A DNA stretch of 12,002 nt from Octopus sinensis (GCF_006345805.1 NW_021826787.1:1-12002); one strand, 5' to 3'. Counted from the first letter of the stretch, positions 1 to 8,694 are shown. The notes: generated by a model from the sequence alone, not told the origin. Program-made: numbers and translations.

Positions 1-59
1 GTTAGACAGAAATATGATGTCTACAACCTTTAGTTTATTTTCATCCACAGTTCACTAAT

Positions 60-191
60 ATGCATACATACTTACAAACACCCACACCTGTATATATATG
101 TATGTATATATATTACACACCTGTATATATATGTATGTGTATATATATATATATGTATATACATATACATATCTATATATATATATGTATA

Positions 192-253
<62 letters not shown>

Positions 254-310
254 ATATATATTATCATATATAGATTATATATATATATAGATATATATAT
301 ATATATATTA
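60..310. repeat. (TA)n/(TATG)n microsatellite complex
   Basis: Alternating TA runs with TATG/TACA variants; explains the Y/I/C/M-rich pseudo-ORFs. Confidence 0.95.
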
Positions 311-332
311 TTTCTCTTATTCTTTTATGAAT

Positions 333-368
333 TTCAGCCCAAAGGCTGTGGCCATGCTGGGGCCCGCC
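333..368 (-). mobile_element. Short 3'-tail fragment of an octopus-type SINE/LINE
   Basis: ttcagcccaaaggctgtggccatgctggggcccgcc aligns with 2612-2648 ttcagtcatttgactgcggccatgctggggcaccgcc; orientation inferred from recalled SINE tail sequence. Confidence 0.55.
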
Positions 369-388
369 GAACATATTGTTGTGTTAGT

Positions 389-648
389 GTGTATGTATGT
401 ATGTATGTATGTATGTAGGGTGTATGTATTTATGCATATATATATAATATATATATAATATATATATATATTATCTTATATATATATATATATAATATAT
501 ATATATATTATATTTTTATGTATATATATATATATATATTATTTTACACTCTGACTCGCTTCCTTCTGTCTGATTTTCTCTTCCCTTACTATCCTATATG
601 TCTGTCACACATACACACACGCAAACACTCACGCACACACTCACACAC

Positions 649-686
<38 letters not shown>

Positions 687-1163
687 ACACACTCACACAC
701 ACAACCGCCATCAATATATATATATATATATATATATGTCAAAGTGTTATGCCACTCAGTGCGAAAACAAGGAAATGCATTCATGAATACGCAGACACAT
801 TGCTGTGCACATATGCACACACATGTATGCAGTCATTTAACAAAATTAAACACACACAACCACACGCGCACACGCGTGCGCACACACACACAACTCAAAC
901 ACGCTCGCATAGGTATAGATACATGCATACAAACATTATATACATACATACACACATATCAATCTATTCATCCATCAATCAATTGATGAATCTATCTATC
1001 TATCTGTCTAGCTCTCTTTATATATGTATGTGTAGTATGCATATATATATATATAGTATATATATATATATATATAATATAATAATATTATATATTATAC
1101 ACACACACACATATATATGCTATAAATAAATATACAGATACACACACACACATATGCATATAT

Positions 1164-1205
<42 letters not shown>

Positions 1206-1383
1206 CATTATATATATGTGTGTAATATATATATATATGTATTTTTGTATTTATGTATATATATATATATATTATATATATATATAATATACACATATAT
1301 ATATATCACATATATATAGTATATGCATATATATATATTCTGCATGGTGTGTGTGTGTATATGTATATTTATTTATATATATG

Positions 1384-1430
<47 letters not shown>
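389..1430. repeat. Mosaic of (TATG)n, (TA)n, (CA)n microsatellites with short unique spacers
   Basis: Directly visible dinucleotide and tetranucleotide runs. Confidence 0.9.
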
Positions 1431-1434
<4 letters not shown>

Positions 1435-1644
1435 CATGTATTTTCACACCTACTTTGTATTTTCGAAAACAAAAAAAATATGCAGATTCAGGCACAGACA
1501 CACACGTCTAAATACCCACACATACAGAAAACCATACGTGTACACACACAAATATACGTTCGATCACACACTCAGATCAATACAAATGATCAGCAACAAA
1601 GCCTTAGAGATTTCCACCCGCCCTCACGCCTACATACACTTCCT

Positions 1645-1646
<2 letters not shown>

Positions 1647-1701
<55 letters not shown>

Positions 1702-2057
1702 TATCGAAATACGCGGCTGCGCGCAGATACATGGAGATACACACTCAAATAGTCATAACATGTTCGTAACTGGAGTGAAATGACTGAGATATATACATAC
1801 ATGCATACATACATATATACATGCATACATACATAAATACATACATACAAACATTCATGCATACATGCATGCATGCATACATACATACATACATACATAC
1901 ATACATACATACATACATACATGCATACAAATATACATGCATACATACATAAATACATACGTACATACCTACATGCATACGTACATACATACATACATAC
2001 ATACATATATACATACATGCATGCATTCATACATACATACATACATACATACGTACG

Positions 2058-2088
<31 letters not shown>

Positions 2089-2172
2089 GTATACATACCT
2101 ACATGCATACATACATGCATACATACATACATACATACATGCATACATACATACATACATACATGCATACAT

Positions 2173-2225
<53 letters not shown>

Positions 2226-2240
2226 CATGCATACATACCC
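1647..2240. repeat. (TA)n(CA)n runs followed by a long (TACA)n array with CATG/CGTA variants
   Basis: Directly visible; the (TACA)n array spans about 1790-2170. Confidence 0.93.
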
Positions 2241-2243
2241 ATA

Positions 2244-2562
2244 CGCGAGAGGGTACCCAAAAGAAACCGGAATTTTGCGGTATTATTTTATTCATTTATT
2301 TTTTACATGTTTACACCTTTTATCGCCTTCAAAGTGTTCTCCATTTGAAGCAATGCGTACGAACCGAAGCCTTTTAACGCCTCCCTCGTATTTGTCTTCA
2401 CCTCTTCCATATCAGCAAACCGTTTTTCTTTAAGGAGTTTTTTCATTCGGAGGAACAAAAAAAAAAGTCGTAGGGAGCAAGATCGGGTGAATAGGGAAGG
2501 TGGATAAGCGGGGGTCATGCCATCTTTGGTCAAAGACTGTCTCACACTCAAGGTGGTGTGCC
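2244..2562 (-). mobile_element. Tc1/mariner (mariner DD34D-type) transposon 3' remnant: transposase C-terminus plus terminal inverted repeat, frameshifted
   Basis: Minus strand translates HTTLSVRQSLTKDGMTPLIHLPYSPDLAPYDFFF/(shift)FLRMKKLLKEKRFADMEEVKTNTREALKG...IASNGEHFEGDKRCKHVKK*. YSPDLAPxD at 2467-2493 and GEHFEGD at 2322-2342 are mariner hallmarks. End reads TA(2242-2243)+CGCGAGAGGGTACCCAAAAGAAACCGGAATT, a mariner-like TIR. Confidence 0.9.
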
Positions 2563-2605
2563 AAATTGTATTACGTCACCAGAGGGAGAAATTTTTTTTC
2601 TATCG

Positions 2606-2652
2606 TTTACTTTCAGTCATTTGACTGCGGCCATGCTGGGGCACCGCCTTGA
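2606..2652 (-). mobile_element. 3'-tail fragment of an octopus-type SINE/LINE with terminal stem-loop
   Basis: Minus strand aaggcggtgccccagcatggccgcagtcaaatgactgaaa; palindrome CAGTCA-TT-TGACTG at 2614-2627; second copy at 333-368. Confidence 0.65.
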
Positions 2653-2730
2653 TTTAAATTTATGATTGAGAAATATAATGTAGGTTAATATGCTACTACC
2701 CTTACTGTTGCTGGAATTCTACGACTGTAT

Positions 2731-2736
2731 ATAATA

Positions 2737-2798
<62 letters not shown>

Positions 2799-3015
2799 TC
2801 ATAATAATAATAATAATAGCAATAATAATGTTGATAATGATAGTAGTAGTAGTAGTAGAAGTAGTGGTGGTGGTGGTGGTGGTGGTGGTGGTGAGGGTGG
2901 GGTGGGGGTGGGGGTGGGGGTGGTGGTATAGTAGTAGTAGTAGTAGTAGTAGAAGCATCAGCAGCAGCAGAAGAAGAAGAAGCAGTAGCAGTAGTAGTAG
3001 TAGTAGTATAGTAGT
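2731..3015. repeat. Compound trinucleotide array (TAA)n-(TAG)n-(TGG)n-(G4-5T)n-(TAG)n-(CAG)n-(AAG)n-(TAG)n
   Basis: Directly visible. Confidence 0.95.
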
Positions 3016-3514
3016 AAAATCTTGAAGAAGACCAAAAAACAGCGGAAGAACTACATGGATCTTGCATCAACGATACCAGCAAAGTCCCAGAAACACCTTC
3101 GCGCCTACTGCTGTCAGAAATAAGACCAACAACTGGAGGGCACGGAGGATGAAGGGAACTGCCAATTTCAGGATCATAACTCTACTCAGCATCCACGAAG
3201 ACCTCACTTGAGTCTACAGGTGTCATCAAAAATCTTGAGAAATACCCCCCGAGTGATTCACATAGGGAGCTATTACATAGCTGTTCCCAAAGCCAGAAGA
3301 GATGCAGAATCCGAAGAATTACAAAGTCATCATGTGTCTAATATGTCGATTGCCGAGAGAATCTTTAGCTCCCATGATTAAAACAACGTGTTACAAGCAG
3401 AACAGAAGAGATGTGTAAAAGGGCCAGCTACTGGTCAAATAGAGCCATATTAAAAAGGTCTGGTCAAAGGAAAGAATCCTGACAACGGTATGGATCGGCA
3501 ACACGAAGGCATTT
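3016..3514 (+). pseudogene. Decayed reverse transcriptase fragment of an R4/Dong-like (RLE-type) non-LTR retrotransposon
   Basis: With stops and frameshifts the + strand gives KTNNWRA..TANFRIITLLSIHEDLT (from 3122), PE*FT*GAIT*LFPKPEEMQNPKNYKVIMCL (PKNY at 3311-3322), IAERIF..NNVLQAEQKRCVKG, QLLV-NRAIL and VWSKERILTTVWIGNTKAF. These match the recalled R4/Dong RT motif series NWKAPG..IANFW / LIPK..PKNYRPITCL / EQKGC..G / QLLIN..I / AWIDY.KAF. 3016-3121 is included only tentatively. Confidence 0.8.
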
Positions 3515-3676
3515 ATGTATGTATGTATGTATAAATATAGGAACAAAAACGCAATAGAGGACAATAAAACATTCGAACAGATAGAAGATACGAAGGCAGA
3601 CAAGAAAAACAACAATTAGAAGGACAAGAAAAAAAAGACGAGTCATTTGTGACCTTCTTTCTTTAGTCAAGTTGTA

Positions 3677-3677
<1 letters not shown>

Positions 3678-3716
<39 letters not shown>

Positions 3717-3819
3717 TATATATATATACATCAGATAAACTTACTTGGAAACGCACACCACACACACACACGCTCATATACATACATATATACATATATA
3801 TTATCATTTATATATATAT

Positions 3820-3850
<31 letters not shown>

Positions 3851-4215
3851 TAATATATATGTATGATATATATATCTATATATGAGTGTGTAAGTATATA
3901 TATATATATATATTATAATATATATATATTATATATATATATATAATACATACACACTCACACACATATATGCATACATACATGCATATATGTATCTGTA
4001 TTATGTACGTATGTATGTACATTTCCACTCTGGCTACGGAAACATGCCAACACATGCACACATACATGAACCTACATATATTTACACACACACATGTGCA
4101 CACATATACACGCATGCACATAGACACACACTCATCCCACACGTACACACACACACATATATACAGAGAGAGACACACACACTCACCCATACACATGTGC
4201 ACACACATGCACATG
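3678..4215. repeat. (TA)n, (GATA)n and degenerate (CA)n microsatellites
   Basis: Directly visible. Confidence 0.88.
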
Positions 4216-4249
4216 TCTTAATTCTTCTCTTCGGACTGTCCGGTTTTTT

Positions 4250-4290
4250 CCTGTTTCCGAAGAAGAACCATGCTCGAAACGTAAAAGAAG
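4250..4290 (+). ncRNA. Degenerate minimal type-I hammerhead ribozyme motif (Penelope pLTR-like)
   Basis: Stem I cctgttt/aaagaag (5 of 7 pair); core CCGAAGA 4257-4263 (CUGANGA with U4>C); extra A; stem II GAAC-cat-GCTC (1 mismatch); GAAA 4276-4279; palindromic stem III ACGT; GUA cleavage triplet 4281-4283. Confidence 0.6.
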
Positions 4291-4456
4291 TACTCTTTTC
4301 CTTCTCCGAGCGTCTGATTAATACATTGCTTATACTCCGTCCACCTTTTTTTTTTCAATAGAATTCAAAAACATTATTATTTCCGAGCGGTCCGGTTTTG
4401 GTCGCCGACCTTACTTGCATCTATATATAACTCCGTATTTATCTATTTGTCTTTCT

Positions 4457-4527
4457 TTACACACACACACACACACACACACAGGTAGACAAACAGACGG
4501 ATAGATAGATAGACAGACAGACAGACG

Positions 4528-4601
<74 letters not shown>

Positions 4602-4666
4602 CAGACTGACAGACAGACATACCAACAGACAGACAGATAGACAGACAGACAGACAGATAGATAGAT

Positions 4667-4758
<92 letters not shown>

Positions 4759-4760
4759 CA
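4457..4760. repeat. (CA)n then long (GATA)n/(GACA)n array
   Basis: Directly visible. Confidence 0.95.
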
Positions 4761-5253
4761 GAAAAATGCTGGTTGATAAACCGTACGTTTGTTAAATATA
4801 TCAGATGAAATAAATTTAATCTAATATAAACGAGTGTTGAGATCTTGTATCTGGCTGGTGGGTTTTGTTGTTATAACGGACAATCAGAACCAAATATAAA
4901 TGTCCACGTTTGTGTTTGTGTGCGTGTGTGTGCATGTGCATTGTGCATTCATGGCATCTGCGAGTGTGTTGTATGTATGTATGTGTGCATGCGTCTATGT
5001 ATGTGTGTATGTATGTATGCGTATATAGATGTGTGTGTGTGTGTGTGTTCGCCCCCCTCACCCCCGCCCGCCACGCGCAGTGTACATAAACCTATCCTCC
5101 TTGAAACGTCAACTCCTCCTGCCCCCCCCTTTCTCCCCCTGTTCGTAGGAACTGTTTTATTAAAGCTTCGAATATTTTTCTTCAATTATTGCAGAACAGT
5201 AACAATTTTTTTTGTTGTTGTTATTCCTCCTTAAGGGCACTTGATGCTCACAG

Positions 5254-5289
<36 letters not shown>

Positions 5290-5343
5290 AAACAATAATA
5301 ACAATAACAATTACTACAACTACTGCTACTACTACTACTACTA
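5254..5343. repeat. (CAA)n-(TAA)n-(CTA)n compound microsatellite
   Basis: Directly visible. Confidence 0.93.
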
Positions 5344-5741
5344 CATCAAGTCCACATCAACTGAACCATACAGACATATTGACAATCTGTGATACCACTT
5401 GAGAATAATAAAATGCATCTATTTAGTATTTTAGTTTCTAAATGTGAATTCCATCTGCTTTTTATTAGTTTTTTTTTCCATGTGAATGAATAAAATAAAA
5501 ATAACTTCAAACAAACAAATTTACCCCCCCCCACCAAAAAAAATAAAGATAAATATGTAATAAACTAAAAAAGAATAAATATACAGTAAACTAAATTGAA
5601 ACGAATTGATATAAATAAATGTGTAAATGTGTCACCCTGTGGACATGTTCCATTTCTGTTTATTTGGTTGTAAAAGTAGAATGTTTGTTAATATCCTATT
5701 TCTGCCCTCCTCCCTCCTAACATGATCTGTGTCGACTGCTG

Positions 5742-5830
5742 TTATTGTTGTTGTTGTTGTTGTTGTAATTGTTGTTGTTATTGTTGTGACTGTCGTGTTT
5801 GTCGTTGTTGTTGTTGTTGTTGCTGTTGTT
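5742..5830. repeat. (TTG)n microsatellite
   Basis: Directly visible. Confidence 0.92.
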
Positions 5831-5948
5831 TAGCAAAGGTTCACCGCAGATAGACATCACAACGCAGACATATGTCGGACGCTGTTCCAGCTGTAGCTAT
5901 TTTCTGCATCTTTTTGCGTGACTCAGGTGAGAACCCGCATTGGAATGC

Positions 5949-6130
5949 TGGTTTCCAAAGTTTGGCACAAGGCGAGAATGTTCGGAGGAAGGTGCAAATC
6001 GTTTACATCGACCCCAGTGCACGACTGGTACTTATTTTATCAGTTCCCCCCCCCCCAAAGGTTAAAAGGTAAAGTCGATTTCGGTGGAATTTGAAGTCAG
6101 AAGCTAAAGACGAACGAAGCTGCATTGAAA
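5949..6130 (-). mobile_element. Decayed tRNA-derived SINE, probably CORE-type octopus family
   Basis: Minus strand: B-box-like gacttcaaattcc (6086-6098), then gtcgactttacctttt...gataaaataagtaccagtcgtgcactggggtcgatgta...ccttgtgccaaactttggaaac, matching a recalled abundant octopus SINE; family name not verified. Confidence 0.7.
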
Positions 6131-6263
6131 TATTGCTCTCACATCTGGAATACACCTTTCTAATGTACAGGGCACCCTTAACTCCGTCCAGAAAAATAAA
6201 CCACCATCCGATTGATTGGCATGAAGTCTCTCATCAACGCACTCTGGGTGACCTGTTACCCCC

Positions 6264-6285
6264 TCTCTCACTCAGTCTCTCTCTT

Positions 6286-6327
<42 letters not shown>

Positions 6328-6340
6328 ACTACTACTACTA
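6264..6340. repeat. (CT)n-(CTA)n microsatellite
   Basis: Directly visible. Confidence 0.92.
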
Positions 6341-6740
6341 CAGGTACTGCAGTGACCTCTGCTCTTCAGAGCTGGTTCGAGCCCCTTCCATTGCCGTTAC
6401 GTGATCCACTTGTCTCTCCTCTTTTCACCACTCATATTGTATCTTCTCCAAATTGCCCTCATTGACCTTGTCAACCAGTATTTCTTTTCCAGAATATTAC
6501 CCCACTTGAAATTTCCCTCCTAGCCCGCGTTATTCCCGCAACCATCATCTTACATTTGTTGGAGACATCAGTCACATCAACCTCACTAGCCTTAGAGGAT
6601 CAATGGAGGCTATGAACACAACCTCTCCCTCCCAGACCTTCTCATCTAGAACTCCATTATCCAACATGTTCCTCCTGTTTTTCACGATAAAGTGTAATTG
6701 GAGGGAATTTTAGCTTCCTTTTTCAGCAGGTTGAATAACT

Positions 6741-7007
6741 GCTCAGCGAGACGGCTTACTCGTGAGATTAACGCACAAGTGGCTGAGAACCTCACAGACA
6801 CGCTTATCTTTAACGTAGTTCCCAAGGAGATTCAGCGTGACACAGAATGTGACACGGCTGGCCCTTTCAAGTACTACACATTTTTGCCAGCTGAGTGGAC
6901 TAGAGTATCTTGAGAAAAAATAAAGTGTCTTGCACAAGGGCACAACGCGCCGCGGAGAATCGAACTTAGGATCGTGAGCCAAATACCCCTAAGTCACGTT
7001 CCTTCAA
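6741..7007 (-). mobile_element. tRNA-headed SINE with exact 11-bp target-site duplication
   Basis: GTTGAATAACT at 6730-6740 and 7008-7018. Minus-strand head (gtgacttagg...taagttcgattc...gcgttgtgcccttgtgcaagacacttt) resembles the 8695 copy; the 3' module is about 80% identical to 10518-10646 by manual alignment. Confidence 0.85.
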
Positions 7008-7011
7008 GTTG

Positions 7012-7061
7012 AATAACTACGCAGGATCCCTCATAATCTTCATCCGAAACGTCTAGTCATT
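7012..7061 (+). ncRNA. Hammerhead ribozyme remnant (catalytic core damaged)
   Basis: Stem I AATAACTA/TAGTCATT (7 of 8 pair); stem II GGAT/ATCC; GAAACGTC at 7046-7053; the CUGANGA core is replaced by CGCA (7020-7023). Confidence 0.45.
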
Positions 7062-7087
7062 TAGCACGATATGTTTTGAAATTCTGA

Positions 7088-7257
7088 CAGTATTTTATGC
7101 ATTATTTACATTATTTACATTTGACAGGTATTTGTCCTCATCTTGTTTGTTGTCAACACAACATTTCGACTGATATACTCTCCAGCCTTCATCAGGTGTC
7201 TTGGGGAAATTTCGAACCTGGGTTCTCATTCCTAAGGTATTTTTCGAGGTTATTATT

Positions 7258-7290
<33 letters not shown>

Positions 7291-7315
7291 ATAGTATCCC
7301 GCGCTCTTAACCACT
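7088..7315 (-). mobile_element. Inverted, internally deleted copy of the tRNA-head/hammerhead element
   Basis: Reverse complement of 7329-7352 (23/24) and of 7427-7578 (15 differences in 152 nt); lacks the B-box segment; linker is (AAC)n(AAT)n. Confidence 0.9.
7155..7200 (-). ncRNA. Minimal type-I hammerhead ribozyme motif (best-preserved copy)
   Basis: Minus strand GACAC CTGATGA A GGCTG gagagtatat CAGTC GAAA TG T T | GTGTT: stem I GACAC/GUGUU, intact CUGAUGA and GAAA, 5-bp stem II, stem III AUGU (probable CpG decay of ACGU), GUU triplet with predicted cut between 7160 and 7159. Confidence 0.72.
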
Positions 7316-7393
7316 GGACATATGGCGTAGTGGTTAAGAGCGCGGGCTACTAACCCCAAGATTCCGAGTTCGATTTCAAGCAGTGACCTGATC

Positions 7394-7429
<36 letters not shown>

Positions 7430-7620
7430 CTCGAAAAATACGTCAGGAATAAGAACACAGGTTCGAAATTTCCCCAAGACACCTGATGAAGGCTGGAGGG
7501 TAAATCAGCCGAAACTTTTTATTAACAACAAACAAGCTGAGGACAAATATCCGTCAAATGTAAATAATGTAAATAATGTAAATAATGTACACAATTCCTC
7601 ATCTGTTAAATATAGAACTG
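7316..7620 (+). mobile_element. Composite SINE-like element: tRNA-derived Pol III head, (AAT)n linker, hammerhead-bearing Penelope-like body, (AATGTAAAT)3 tail
   Basis: A box TGGCGTAGTGG 7323-7333 (perfect TRGCNNARYGG); anticodon-like loop GGG-CTACTAA-CCC 7344-7356; B box GTTCGATTT 7368-7376; (AAT)n 7394-7428; hammerhead 7478-7523. Confidence 0.85.
7478..7523 (+). ncRNA. Minimal hammerhead motif with damaged stem III/stem I 3' strand
   Basis: GACAC CTGATGA(7483-7489) A GGCTG gagggtaaat CAGCC GAAA(7511-7514) CTTTTTATT: perfect core and stem II, but the expected CGTTGTGTT is mutated. Confidence 0.65.
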
Positions 7621-8413
7621 TATTTCATATATGATCAATTTAACAAAATGCTTCACTCTTTTTGAAGTAGCCAAATGACCAGAGACTATTAAACTAGCAG
7701 CTTAAAAATTTTCAGTTCAAATCTTTCTCTGCTAATATTTTTGGTCGTATTCTATAGACAAGATACTCAATACTCTGTGTGTCACCATAGTTCAACGACC
7801 TGTATGAAATATGTAGCAGATCTCTTGGTAAATCTTACCTATGCTAGACTTATGAGCTCCTGTTGGTGTACATTTGCGTAAACACGTAGCAGAACTGATA
7901 TAAATTTAAATACTAAATTTGACAGCTTTCTCCTTTCTTGGACTCCTCCTACCTTCTCCTTTCCTACCTTCTTCCTGGAACTTTGCTATCTCTCCTGATT
8001 ACTTCACCCATTGAGACTTTATACTTCTCGGATTCTACTATCAAGGATTTTATTATATCCCGTTATCTATTGATTATACTGATGGAATGTGGACCCTGCT
8101 TAAAGGTTAATGTACAGGGCTAATGGGAGTTGAATTTTCCTCCACAAATAAGTGGTGGAGCAACGAGTGCTGAAGCAGGTACACAGGTAATTCAGTATTT
8201 GATCTCTGATGGGAAAAATTAAACTCTCCTTCTACTTTGACTATAAGCGATAAACACTCCCTAATGAGTAAAAAATAAATTCTTCCCTCAATAACGACTA
8301 AACTTTTCTGATCTCATGAAATAGAAAAAAAAACCCCGTTAGTCGTTGCGTTGTATGTCAATTGCCAATTGTTGTATGCTGATAGTCAAACTGCATCAGG
8401 GGTTAAGTAATGT

Positions 8414-8536
8414 GTGTCGGGAGTCAAGTATTTTGTGCTAAGAGTCAAGGGTCAAGTGTTGCGAGTCAAAGGTCAAGTGTTTTATGTCAGGGTCAATTGT
8501 TTTGTGTCAAAATCAACAGTTGTGTATCATCGGTCA
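8414..8536. repeat. Degenerate ~20-21 bp minisatellite (approx. GTCAAGGGTCAAGTGTTTTGT), about 5-6 units
   Basis: GGTCA motifs recur ending at 8454, 8475, 8495 (spacing 21, 20). Confidence 0.7.
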
Positions 8537-8694
8537 AATGGGGGGGGGTTATGCTTTGGTATGGAGGAAGGGGGTTGTCCATAACCTTCGCAGTTCCTCA
8601 GAGCCTGGTAGAATCGATGAGGGTGGTGTTTCTGCTGATGGTTGCAGCAAAACCACGCACAGGGGAGGAATTCCATTGAAATCTCGTCCTGGAG

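Noticed and set aside
60-2433. Many long ORFs (HTHT, YIYI, MYVC repeats)
   Set aside because: Translations of TA/CA/TACA microsatellites, which lack stops in several frames; no domain content
2702-3082. Poly-Y/H/P/T ORFs
   Set aside because: Trinucleotide array artefacts
5090-5125. GAAACGTC at 5103-5110 as a further hammerhead half
   Set aside because: No CUGANGA or convincing stems upstream; could be a truncated remnant but is not supportable
6345-6690. Possible decayed LINE endonuclease (TFVGDIS resembling VGDFN)
   Set aside because: Single weak motif with multiple stops; needs BLASTX/HMM to assess
7316-7390. Possible functional tRNA gene (anticodon ACT)
   Set aside because: Anticodon stem is short, T and acceptor stems do not pair properly, and it is fused to a repeat body; it is a SINE head
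7511-7560. Alternative monomeric hammerhead fold using the downstream CCGTC (7551-7555) as cleavage site
   Set aside because: The following AAATGT cannot pair with GACAC to form stem I
7620-8330. Unique sequence that might hold a coding exon (ORF 7938..8123)
   Set aside because: No recognisable protein motif or convincing splice-site pair; an exon cannot be excluded without RNA-seq
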